A DNA stretch of 64,000 nucleotides, taken from NCBI GenBank assembly GCA_032372955.1, contig GCA_032372955.1_4725.1; one strand, 5' to 3'. Position numbers and translations under genes: made by a program. Source of the stretch: Escherichia coli. GTDB taxonomy: Bacteria > Pseudomonadota > Gammaproteobacteria > Enterobacterales > Enterobacteriaceae. Below are positions 38,887 through 49,100 of this stretch, piece by piece. Every line of letters starts with the position of its first letter. The stretch's first letter is position 1. The notes below the pieces were generated by a model, which saw nothing but the letters and a program-made list of their open reading frames with translations, did no database searches and was not told the origin of the DNA.

Positions 38887-39561
38887 ATGTCCAACCGCGC
38901 TGCAGCAGAAAAATTCATTCTTGGGTATATCAAAGACCTGGTGGGTGAATCGAGCCCGACTTACGCTATTTACAAAAAACGTTTTGCTGAAATCGATGAT
39001 GAGACGTTTGATGCGTATATGCGTTTATGTCGGGATAAGAAAGAGATTCTACCCATCTGGGTACCCAACATGAACAAAAACGAGGTGACGATAAAACGGG
39101 CGTTGGAAGTCGGTAAGAAATACGGTTTCCCTTTCTTCCAACGCATTTATCTCACCGACCAGAAAACAGGACAATTGGTGCTTCGTGACCGCCCAACCAG
39201 ATTGTACCTGATTCCAAACCGCCGACAAGCCGAAACGTTGAGTGCTAAAATATCGATTCCGAAAAACAACAACACCAAGGACCAGCTCACCAATCAGCCG
39301 ACGGGTGATAGTAAAGGTTCCACTTGGAGCCAGCCGGAAATGCAGGCGACGTTAGGACGGTCGATGCCGAACGTGAACCGAGAGTTGATGCAGGCTCGTG
39401 GTGGCGACGATAAGAAGTTCAACGCGATGAACCGCATGCTGTTAGAAACAGGTACCGTAAGCTTGGAGCAGCTCCCTGAAGACAGCAAGGCAAAATCGGT
39501 TTCGGCGGTTGGTGTTATCCTCACCGCGATGCATCTCCAGAATAACCTTGATGAGGGCTAA
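38887..39561 (+). CDS. hypothetical protein
   Basis: 224-aa ORF; GGAG RBS. Confidence 0.5.
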   Translation: MSNRAAAEKFILGYIKDLVGESSPTYAIYKKRFAEIDDETFDAYMRLCRDKKEILPIWVPNMNKNEVTIKRALEVGKKYGFPFFQRIYLTDQKTGQLVLRDRPTRLYLIPNRRQAETLSAKISIPKNNNTKDQLTNQPTGDSKGSTWSQPEMQATLGRSMPNVNRELMQARGGDDKKFNAMNRMLLETGTVSLEQLPEDSKAKSVSAVGVILTAMHLQNNLDEG

Positions 39562-39563
39562 TT

Positions 39564-40271
39564 ATGTTACGTGGTCGGTTATCACGTCGTATCGCAGAAA
39601 TAAAACGATCGTTCTCCCCAGAGAGTGATGATGCGTTCGAGCTTTTATTAGAAGAGCTTGCTTCCGATCGTTACGTGCTTGTTTTAGATGCGGTGATGCG
39701 AAAGGAAGTTATCGCGTACACAAAACGCTGGGTGTATTTGTATTCCCCACCGCAACAATATTCCAAAGGTGCAACAATTCGTGACTGGGTTACGAAATTC
39801 AGTGTGACGTTCATCCATGATTTGTTTATCCCTGAAAACATGATCCGTCTTTGGCGTGAACTCCGTTCTGAGGAAACCCCTTCGTTAATGGGTTTTACGA
39901 TGGACCTCACAACGCATGTTCGCCGTACAGTGTTCTCAACGGACGATGACATCGATATGCTTATCGATCATCTTGCTGGAAGTTTTGCATGGATCCATGA
40001 AAGCAACCATAAACTGGTGGATGGTATCGCCCGGGATTTATTCGCGGTAGACGAACAGTTCTTTACGGAATTACCCACTGTTGATGATATTCGGGATATG
40101 CTTCGTGCGAATACCTGGTTTATTCCGTTGCTCTATTTGCATACCGTCACCGTTGAAGAATTGGAAGAAATCGGTGAATTGGTATTCAAACAAACAAAAG
40201 AGTACGAGAAGAAAATTAAAACGTCTCCCGATATGCAGATGTTAACCGGTGAAGCTGGAGAGCAACGATGA
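39564..40271 (+). CDS. hypothetical protein
   Basis: 235-aa ORF; start 2 nt after previous stop. Confidence 0.5.
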   Translation: MLRGRLSRRIAEIKRSFSPESDDAFELLLEELASDRYVLVLDAVMRKEVIAYTKRWVYLYSPPQQYSKGATIRDWVTKFSVTFIHDLFIPENMIRLWRELRSEETPSLMGFTMDLTTHVRRTVFSTDDDIDMLIDHLAGSFAWIHESNHKLVDGIARDLFAVDEQFFTELPTVDDIRDMLRANTWFIPLLYLHTVTVEELEEIGELVFKQTKEYEKKIKTSPDMQMLTGEAGEQR

Positions 40272-41056
40272 CTGGAAATGCGGCGTTAGTGACGGTGTAC
40301 GTAGAACTCGAGGCGCTGCTTGATATCGAAATGGCGGTAGCAACAACGTTGGATCCGGAGGCTATCAGAAAGTGGGGGAAGAAATGGCACTACCGACCCT
40401 ATAACCTGGAGCCGGAGAAGCAGGCGGGTGTTACTTACACTTACGAAGAGTTTAAGGGTGCGTTGGCAAATATCGATGAAACCATTCTCGATAAATGCAT
40501 TCCGACGGAGTTGATGTGGCGATTATGTTACGTGGTCGCGGACTACATGAAAGACCGCTTGACAGGGATTGCTGCACCGGATTTTTCGGTTCATGTGAAT
40601 ACGTACCCGTTTGAATTTGTGGGAGATGCAGCGACGGCGTTAAAAGAAGGCATCCAGCAATATCTCGGCGCGCAAGATAGCGTTGAGATTATTTACCGTC
40701 ATCCGGCCACACTGCATCCATCAGAAATCCGTAAGACGTATAATGCGATGTTCTTTTACGATTTCAAACGCTGGCACCTCCCCAATCAGATGCTGTTAGA
40801 AGACAATCCGATTTGTAACGTATTGGTGGTAGCCAGACGAATCAGCGAAACCATCCCTGATTCCGATCTGGCTTACGACAAACTTTACGAAGCAATCGAA
40901 CTTTCTAACGCACCTGTGATGTTCATGCGGTTCTTTGGTATAAAATGGTTCAGTTATTTTATTCCTCCTCGTGTGACGCCTCCGAAGATTGATGATCTGC
41001 AGCCATCTTCTGAGATACCTCCTCACGAACCGACGCCGTCAGTTGAGCCATTCTAG
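40268..41056 (+). CDS. hypothetical protein
   Basis: 262-aa ORF; ATGA overlap with upstream gene. Confidence 0.5.
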   Translation: MTGNAALVTVYVELEALLDIEMAVATTLDPEAIRKWGKKWHYRPYNLEPEKQAGVTYTYEEFKGALANIDETILDKCIPTELMWRLCYVVADYMKDRLTGIAAPDFSVHVNTYPFEFVGDAATALKEGIQQYLGAQDSVEIIYRHPATLHPSEIRKTYNAMFFYDFKRWHLPNQMLLEDNPICNVLVVARRISETIPDSDLAYDKLYEAIELSNAPVMFMRFFGIKWFSYFIPPRVTPPKIDDLQPSSEIPPHEPTPSVEPF

Positions 41057-41588
41057 CATAGAAAGCATCACTTGTTTCTTCGACACGTCCCTGGATGAGA
41101 ACGCCTGGTGAAAACTCCTTGCTGTCGAACTCTTCCAATGACGCAAAACCAAGTCGACGATCACGTTCTTCAGGCGTGACTGGCTTCACGACTTCGCCTT
41201 CATAAACAGCCCCTGCTGCGAGAGGATGTTGATCCATCTGACCTAAGCGGCGCAGCATGGTTTCGGTTAGGGCCTGTGCTGTTTTCAATGCGCTGTCGTT
41301 CATGGCCTGGTCGGCGCTGATACGTTTCAACGTTAAGTCGACTTTGTCGTTATCACCCAACGATTTCAATAACAGCTTACCTATGCGGTCGACGTTTTCG
41401 ACGTCAACGATGGCTTTATTATCAGCACCGGGGTTATGCTCAAATTCTTTGAATTCGCTATCTAACAGCATTTCAAGGCGTTGAATAAATCGTTGGCGGA
41501 TATTACGGGTTTCGTCAAGACGGACCTCGAATTTATCAGGTGCTTCTTGCGGTTCATCATCTACGGGGGCAACACCATATTCGCTCAT
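40959..41588 (-). CDS. hypothetical acidic protein
   Basis: 209-aa ORF; GGAG RBS; 3' end overlaps the convergent + gene by 98 nt. Confidence 0.45.
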   Translation of the reverse strand: MSEYGVAPVDDEPQEAPDKFEVRLDETRNIRQRFIQRLEMLLDSEFKEFEHNPGADNKAIVDVENVDRIGKLLLKSLGDNDKVDLTLKRISADQAMNDSALKTAQALTETMLRRLGQMDQHPLAAGAVYEGEVVKPVTPEERDRRLGFASLEEFDSKEFSPGVLIQGRVEETSDAFYARMAQLTASVREEVSQKMAADHQSSEASHEEE

Positions 41589-41617
41589 TTTACATTCTCC
41601 GTATTGAAAAAAATAAC

Positions 41618-41637
41618 AGGACTATATTACCTTCATG
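41618..41637 (+). promoter_or_regulatory. phage-specific promoter-like element GGACTATATTACCTTCATGA (copy 3 of 3), immediately followed by a 9-6-9 palindrome
   Basis: matches the core of the copies at 15996 and 28497. Confidence 0.4.
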
Positions 41638-41721
41638 ATGACAGTCATGAAGGCGACGTATAACGTTACCTTCTTGTGATGGCTTCATTGATGCCTGCAA
41701 GAATGATACATAGGTGATGCC

Positions 41722-42237
41722 ATGTTACATCGCTTTTTCTTGAGGCGTGCGTTCCAACGTTATAAAAGGAAGACGTTTCAAGATGATAGGCAACGGTTAA
41801 ACGAACTCTTGTTGCTTTACAAAACAACGTCCTGGGTTCACAACATCTACGATATACGCGTTGCACGTAAAACGTATTTACCGTTGTGGTATATGGACGC
41901 TGAGTCGTTGATGCTTGACCTTCGCCGTTGGCATCAAGCGTTCGATAACGAAGGCAACATAAACATAATCGCATTAGAGGAGAGAACATATGCAATACTA
42001 GCACCACAAATCACATTCAATCGTTGGCTTGCTGATGCCGATGGTCGTGTTATCCAGTTCGACGTTCTCATGCGTGACGTTATCGAGTATGGACGCATAC
42101 TTGCGACGTGGTTAGACGCGCTGGCGGAACGTGACGATTTGGATGCGGCTTATGGATTACGCAAAACAAGGAAACTAGCGAGAGACTGTTGCGAACTCCT
42201 AACCTTCGCACTCAGTCAGTACACTGGTGTATTATGA
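41722..42237 (+). CDS. hypothetical protein
   Basis: 171-aa ORF. Confidence 0.45.
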   Translation: MLHRFFLRRAFQRYKRKTFQDDRQRLNELLLLYKTTSWVHNIYDIRVARKTYLPLWYMDAESLMLDLRRWHQAFDNEGNINIIALEERTYAILAPQITFNRWLADADGRVIQFDVLMRDVIEYGRILATWLDALAERDDLDAAYGLRKTRKLARDCCELLTFALSQYTGVL

Positions 42238-42746
42238 CAAATAAATATAATGAAGTCTCTTTTCGCGCGCGCATTAATCCGCTTAAGCGTCGTGACGAAA
42301 GCGATGATGAAAATCCTCAAAGCAATCGAGGACGAGCGACTAACTACAATCACGGTAACAATTTCTGGACGCCTACGGGTAGACAGGATTTCCTTACGGA
42401 GTTCCTGTTGCAGATTTATACGGAGAGAGGGATCGGCGCAAATCAGCTCAATTCGTATATTACCCGACACATGCGTGATGTGAAGAAACGACATCCTGAT
42501 AAAACGAATAAAGACATTTCCAGTATTCGGGGAAACGTCATTAAGGAGTTGAATCGGGGATCGATGCCGTTCCGTAACTTCATGAATAAACTACGCTTAA
42601 TCCGTGCAAGGGAAGTCACGTTTACGATTTCCATCACAGATAGCGTAGGTTATACAACCACGCATACGAAACGGTATTTTGACGCAACTATTCCTGTTGA
42701 CGATCCAGATGCTGAATCATTAGGTTCAGAAAACGAAGAAGTTTAA
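42234..42746 (+). CDS. hypothetical protein
   Basis: ATGA overlap with upstream gene; the ORF-track start at 42189 is probably an over-extension. Confidence 0.45.
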   Translation: MTNKYNEVSFRARINPLKRRDESDDENPQSNRGRATNYNHGNNFWTPTGRQDFLTEFLLQIYTERGIGANQLNSYITRHMRDVKKRHPDKTNKDISSIRGNVIKELNRGSMPFRNFMNKLRLIRAREVTFTISITDSVGYTTTHTKRYFDATIPVDDPDAESLGSENEEV

Positions 42747-42828
42747 CATCGATGTTGATCTTAGCCTACCCACCATTGTGTGGGTAGGCTTTATGCCGTA
42801 TTTCTTTTTTCTTTTTCAGGAGGACGTG

Positions 42829-43896
42829 ATGAGTCTTTACGACAAACTGCCGAGTATAGATACGTCCAAGATCAAAACCATCACCAGCGATTTTTCGACA
42901 GGGCGTGATACGCTCCTTAAAGCGGTTAGCGGTACTGCTGTTTCAGCGGCGGATGCGTTAACCAGTTTTCGTAGCAGTATTACGAACAGTATCAATAGTA
43001 CATTATCGGCGTTAACAGGAAACCTGATTTCCATAAGCGATCTTAATTCTTTCATCGATATCAGCGGAGGCAAAATCTCCCTGAATGAAAACGCGTTGAT
43101 GAATAAGATCAAAGATGTTACTGGCCTGAATATATCGTCAACCGATAACATCCTATCGCAAGTAAAAGACCAGATTTACAGCACCATTAACCAGCAATCC
43201 AATGGTGCGTTAGGGAAGCTTATCGATAAAGATGGAAATGTTAAGCTTCTCGATAGTCTGATGTCTGGCGATGAGTATTATAAACTGTCGACGATTGTTG
43301 ATCGGTATCTCGAGGATCAAGGGAAAACGCGAACCGAATTCAGCTACAACGACTATAAGACGAACCGGACGGTTGTCACATCGTTGATTCGTCAAGCCGC
43401 ATTAGCGGGCAACTATATCGACGTACGTAGTCTGTATGACTCTGGGTCAGCGGAGGATAAAGTGGCGATGGCAACCACTTTAGCGGAATCGTTAAGCAGC
43501 GTTGGCCTTAACGGCGATTTCCGTACAGCTGCCGTTATCACCGAACTCATTACGGCTGAACGTGCCCGTAGCGTTGTCCCTGAACTTATTACGTTACTAT
43601 TTCGTAACTACCGTATCCCATCGTACCTTACCCTTAAAGAATACGACGCTGAAGCCTCGCGTTTAATTGATTTTGCCGACGCGTTTAAACCCGGATGGGG
43701 TAAAACGAACTATCACGGTAAGGATGCAGAACTCCTCACGATGTGGATGGAAACATCCAGTGGGTTTTATTCCCTTTTCTCCCGCAGTAGGAAATACGCA
43801 TCTCTTGCTGTGATGGGTAAGAATTATACAACTACCATCACGATGGCAGGCTTGAAGAAACTTTATCCTGATTTACCGACGGTGACGTTAGGTTAA
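42829..43896 (+). CDS. hypothetical protein
   Basis: CAGGAGGA RBS before ATG 42829. Confidence 0.5.
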   Translation: MSLYDKLPSIDTSKIKTITSDFSTGRDTLLKAVSGTAVSAADALTSFRSSITNSINSTLSALTGNLISISDLNSFIDISGGKISLNENALMNKIKDVTGLNISSTDNILSQVKDQIYSTINQQSNGALGKLIDKDGNVKLLDSLMSGDEYYKLSTIVDRYLEDQGKTRTEFSYNDYKTNRTVVTSLIRQAALAGNYIDVRSLYDSGSAEDKVAMATTLAESLSSVGLNGDFRTAAVITELITAERARSVVPELITLLFRNYRIPSYLTLKEYDAEASRLIDFADAFKPGWGKTNYHGKDAELLTMWMETSSGFYSLFSRSRKYASLAVMGKNYTTTITMAGLKKLYPDLPTVTLG

Positions 43897-43902
43897 CATA
43901 AT

Positions 43903-43934
43903 CCCTCTCCCAACCCGTAAGGGAAGGGAGAGGG
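43903..43934. terminator. hairpin CCCTCTCCC/GGGAGAGGG between convergent genes
   Basis: 9-bp perfect stem. Confidence 0.45.
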
Positions 43935-43951
43935 GGTTTATGCAGTGAATA

Positions 43952-46093
43952 TCAGAACGGTCGTTCTGTGCGTTTCCATAACAGCCCTGATGCTATCCTG
44001 CCAGGCATGGTGTCAGACAACCAGCTAGCAAAATTACCTTTGCTCCAGAAACTATCGATATCAGCCATGGTTTTATGCATGCGACGACTTAAATCAGGAA
44101 TCATGTAAACTTGTTCCGTAAGTGTCAATGCCGATAATACAGCAAGATAGTTGTTGAGCGGAGTATCGTCAGCAAGAAGATCGCTTAAGAAGCCACGAGG
44201 ATCCAATTTTGCGATCGATGCGGCCGTCGTTGTGATCGGCATTGCGACGATGGACGACAGGTCATAAACACTGAAGCTGACGTCGATACCCAACGGTAAT
44301 CGCTCGCGTGTTGATGGCACGTTCCCAACATGACGCGTCACAGTGATGTTATCGATAAGACCCATTTTAATCTGGACTTTACCGGGAATATAACACTCAC
44401 ACATGAATGGCATCCCGTAGGACGATTTACCGGTAGCCTGAGGCAAACCACCTGCGAGGATCGCTAAAAGAGGTACCATGAGGTTCGTAAAGATCGACCA
44501 GCGGTCCCCACTCCAGGAACGCAATTCCATCGTCAGATCGGCACGCGGTAGACTTACTGACGACCCAGAATAGAATTTCGGAATGTCTGCGAAGCCGGAA
44601 CCCATGAAGGCACCAAAAATACCATCCAGACCCATTCCGGAAATAGCACCATTAACGAGATCGGAACCGGCTTTGATGGCTTCGTCCAGTACAGCCCAAC
44701 CTGTATTACCACCGGAGAGGGTGAAACGACGTTCGATGTTCGCTTGCGCGCGGCTGTTCATCGTCTGTGCGATAGAACTTTCTGAAGCACTGTTTGAAAA
44801 CGTTTCGGTTACACTGGTGACAGAATCGACTCGAAAACTGATAAACTGAGCACCGTCAGCCAATTCAGCATCCATCAGATCAAGAAACGTAGCTTCTTCG
44901 GCCGCGTTCGTTTGACCGATTCCTTTGCTCTGTACGTTCGCGCCTCCAGCCGTGGATGCCGCTGTTGAAGCTTGTGTTGTCCCCGACGTTGAATTACCGA
45001 CATTGGCTGTTGTACCCTGACTCTGTGTTGACGTACCGCCGTCGGAGGTAGCCGCTGAGACATTGAAGTTGGCATCGGCATCTTTATTGGTGTACGAGGC
45101 CCTTCCGAATAAAAGGTCGTCCATCGTTTGTTTATTATCACCAGCTGTCGCACTGTAAACAGCAGACTTCTGTGTGTCGGCGAGATACTGCGTTAGCGTA
45201 CGACCGGTTACATCCGATGGAAACGCTCCGCTATCAAGTCGTTTATCAAGATCGTTCCAGAACTCCTCGTAAGACGAGTAATCGTTTTCCATCATGGATT
45301 GAATACGGCGTACCCATGCGTTTTGTATACGCTGACGACGTGTTGCAATCTGGTAGATATCGATCCCACCACCTTTCTTATAAATCCCCGGTAGCGTCTT
45401 AGAGGCGTAGTTGATGAATTCTTCAACGTTCTGACCACCGATTGAATATTGGTGGAGTACGGTACCCCCTTCTTCCACGTATCCTTTATCTTTACCAGCA
45501 CCGGCGATAAGACCCATGTTTATCGCTGTTTGGTTTACCAGCGTCTGGAAAGACGCCCAATACACGTGCATGGTTGGTACTTGATAGTAATATTGACTGG
45601 TAGGCTTACCCAGGAAATATCGACCAATACGTCCAACCATATACAAGTAAGGTAGAGGTGTGAGGTAAGAAAGAACGGTGGTATACGCTTTGGCTGCGTA
45701 ATAAAGAATACCGGGATCGCGACCGGTTTTAACCGTTACGGCGACATCGGCGTCGTAGAAATCGGTAAAGAAGATACTTGCGCCTGTAAAGCGAGGTTTA
45801 CCGAATCGTAAGGTAACGACTTCTTTAAAGCTGTTGATGCTTTCACTATAGCCTCGGCCCATGCCCGTTGATCCCGGCATAACCGCACGTCGCCGTTCTT
45901 TGATGTCGGCAAATTTCGTATATTGCGGTGGTGGGTTAAGCACCCAGTTCCCACCTAAGGTGGTATCATCGACGTTATCGTAGGAATACGGTGTATGTCT
46001 CGCTTTAATCATGTCGGCACTCAGCGTGCTGCTATCGCCTGGTAATAAAAACGCTTGTTTGGTAATTAGGGCGTTTTGAACAAGAATACCCAT
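43952..46093 (-). CDS. hypothetical large protein, probably virion-associated (Thr/Ser/Gly-rich low-complexity segment)
   Basis: 713-aa ORF immediately downstream of the giant gene on the same strand. Confidence 0.5.
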   Translation of the reverse strand: MGILVQNALITKQAFLLPGDSSTLSADMIKARHTPYSYDNVDDTTLGGNWVLNPPPQYTKFADIKERRRAVMPGSTGMGRGYSESINSFKEVVTLRFGKPRFTGASIFFTDFYDADVAVTVKTGRDPGILYYAAKAYTTVLSYLTPLPYLYMVGRIGRYFLGKPTSQYYYQVPTMHVYWASFQTLVNQTAINMGLIAGAGKDKGYVEEGGTVLHQYSIGGQNVEEFINYASKTLPGIYKKGGGIDIYQIATRRQRIQNAWVRRIQSMMENDYSSYEEFWNDLDKRLDSGAFPSDVTGRTLTQYLADTQKSAVYSATAGDNKQTMDDLLFGRASYTNKDADANFNVSAATSDGGTSTQSQGTTANVGNSTSGTTQASTAASTAGGANVQSKGIGQTNAAEEATFLDLMDAELADGAQFISFRVDSVTSVTETFSNSASESSIAQTMNSRAQANIERRFTLSGGNTGWAVLDEAIKAGSDLVNGAISGMGLDGIFGAFMGSGFADIPKFYSGSSVSLPRADLTMELRSWSGDRWSIFTNLMVPLLAILAGGLPQATGKSSYGMPFMCECYIPGKVQIKMGLIDNITVTRHVGNVPSTRERLPLGIDVSFSVYDLSSIVAMPITTTAASIAKLDPRGFLSDLLADDTPLNNYLAVLSALTLTEQVYMIPDLSRRMHKTMADIDSFWSKGNFASWLSDTMPGRIASGLLWKRTERPF

Positions 46094-46111
46094 GTAACAT
46101 TCCTCAAGAAG

Positions 46112-46132
46112 AGGGCGGGAATCTCCCGCCCT
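46112..46132 (-). terminator. GC hairpin AGGGCGGGA-ATC-TCCCGCCCT between the two large minus-strand genes
   Basis: 9-bp stem; weak U-tract. Confidence 0.35.
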
Positions 46133-46142
46133 TAACTAATGA

Positions 46143-49100
46143 CTACTGTGCGTACCTTGTCCGTGTTGGAGAGATTCCTTGCGGACGATTAGGTAGTGAC
46201 ATCGTCTGTTGTTGAGAAGGACCTGCAGAACCCTTACCGATAGAAGAACCCTTAACGGCTTGGATTAATTCCGAAATAAGTTCATTCGTTCTACCGGTGT
46301 TCTTTTCGATGTTCTGCTGTGTGGTCAGCTGCTGTCGGAGAATTTCACCTGCGCTACCGTAGAAGTTCTCACTTGCAACCGATGTTTGTGTCGCAGACTG
46401 CGCAACCTGTGCAGGCGTATTCGGAACCGATATCCCTCGATTTGCACCCGGGTTTGACGGCAAATCGCTAGGTGCTGGAGTTGATGTCGGTTGTCCTGCC
46501 GCGGCTTTTGCTGTTTCGAAACTTCCGGGCGTTGGTGATGCTTCTCCAGGTGCTGGGGCCGTCCCGGCAGCCGCAGACGGTTTAGATTCAGGGATAGTAG
46601 AAGATACCGGGGCTTGCGGATCGTTGCTTACAGCAGGTGTTCCGTTTGCCTCTTGTGCTGCTTCGTTCTTCACCTGTTCGGCGGTGGTCGGTCCTTCAGC
46701 TTGATCGTCTGATGTTGATCCCGATAACTCGTCCATCATTTTCTTCAGGGTGCCATTCTTAGCCGCCTGAATCCAATAAGCAGAACGTTGTTCAACATCA
46801 CGTAATCCGTTAAAACCACCGTTAACCAGATAACGAACTTGGCGCACATCACCCCGTTTTGCGGGATCGCGTAACACGTTACCTCGGTTGAGCCACCATG
46901 CAACACTACCTTCCGCCGCACCTTCCGGCGTTTCCAGGTATGTCGGATCGCTGACAAGATCCTTGTTCAAGGTCTTGGACAGACGAGCGTAGTTAGCTTT
47001 ACCGGTAACCTGAATGAAGCCACGTCCTAAATACTTCGCCCCGTCTCCTTTCTGTGTGTTTCCTAGATCTTTACGATTACCATACACACGTTCGAATACC
47101 GCTTCCGGCCCCATGCTGATCGTCTGTGCGGCATCCTGCACATCACGGAATTTGTAAGGGAAGACCTGTTTAAGACGCTCTGGTGTCTTATAGTTCCCCT
47201 CACGTACGTGAGTGTAGTTCCCCGATTCATGTTCGATGTTCGCAAGGAACATCGCCATTTCCATTGGATCGGTAATGCCGCGTTTTACAGCGGATTTAAC
47301 AAGCGCACGACGTCCAGCTTCAGGACCTGGTCCCATTGCAGGTTTCTGTAAGCCCATGTTAGGCAATCCAGTAAGATCGCCGGTTGACCCTAATCCCGCA
47401 TTGGAAGTAGCCGAAGCAGTAAAGCTGCTTGCACCTACCCTATTCCCATTGGGGTTGTAATTCGCTTCGGCGTTACTCATCCCACCGGTAATGCGTGATT
47501 TCTTCTGCCAGACACCGTCTTTCTTCTCGTACCCAGCCTGCTTCATCATCAGCTCTTGGATCTTCGATAATTTATCGGTATCCTCTTGCGATGCTTCCGC
47601 GTTCTTCTCACGAACCTTCTCTTTATCCGCATATTCTTTTAACAGATCGAGCTGGCTCTTTGTTGAACTGCTGGTGGTGTTAGCTTCAGTACCGGAGAAA
47701 CCACAACTATTCCAGGACCATACAGGCTGCAGTGTACCTTTCTCATCACGGTATTGCGTTGCGACAAGTGCTTCACCGATTTCCCAACGTTGGCTGTCTT
47801 TCAGGTTCTGTACCACGTCGGACAGAAGTCCTTGACCGCCCATGTCGCTAACGTGTTGGTAATAGGTTAAAAAGACGGGCAGGAAACGGTTATTCATCCA
47901 AGCAAACCAGATATCCTGATCCCGCTTGCTGTTAACGTCCCGTCCGAACTTCGTCGCGAATTTCTTGTAGAGCGCGACAAGATCGCCACCGTATTTAACA
48001 CCTTTACCTTCAGCGACAACGCCAGGTTCTACAGCGTCTTCGAGTTCCATCAGCACTTTTATCTGACTTAGCAACGGAACCTTAATACCGTACGCACGAA
48101 CACGGAGACTGGTGAGTTCATCGATGTATCCACCGGCAACCCATTTTCTACCACGACGGTCTACGCTTTCAATAACCGCGGTCGCGTCAAGCTTCTGTCG
48201 TCCTTTAGCGCCAGCGCTGTTGTAACGTTTATCGTTAAAACGTAACGACGCTTTCTGACCGCGTAATGCGTTAGGCGCAACGGATTTACGTTGTGTGTCA
48301 GACATCCGTGACCAATCAGCAATAGCCTCATCATGAGAGTATTGCTTAATCTGATTCTGGTACTCTTTCTTGATGGCTTCGAGTTGTTTCAGCATCAAGG
48401 TTTTGACGTCTTGACCAGCAATATAACGCGTCGCACCAGAAGAACCCAACGGGTTAGCTTCGACGTAATACGGACCATCAGGACTATCGGAAGGCCAGAT
48501 AAACGCTTCCGACCATTTCACTTTGTTCTCACCGTTCGGATATTTATCCATTTCCATGTATTTCTTCTCGTCCGGCATATGCTCTTTCCAGAGTTTGTAC
48601 GCACGAGCGAAAACAGGAATAAAACGATGCAGATACCAGCGTTTCCATTCGTTCATTCGGTCGGAATCTTCCAGGGACAATTCCCAGATTTCGAGAATCT
48701 TTTCAGAATCCGCTTTCGGATCGAATCCGATGGTATCCCCGGTCATGACCACATGGTCGGTGAGGTATGTTTCTGTCGCAAGCAGCTTCTTATTGAAGTC
48801 TTTATCGTCCCCTTTTGCACCGTATGCAATAAGACGGAGCTTCTGCATCGGGTCAGGCTTCTCAGCGAAATGCTGATAGATCTTCCATCCAGCATAAGCA
48901 GCCAACGCACCACCTGCAATAGCAAGCCCAACAGGTGAGATAAGGAATGCACCTAATCCCGATAACCCACCAACAGCGTTCAATGCGGCCCCGCCCGCCA
49001 TTAACGCACCACGTCCTAACCATCCTGCTGCACTTAGTCCTCCCTTGACTAGCGCGCCGGTTCCACTAATGAGACCCTTGCCTAACAACCCGGTTAACGA

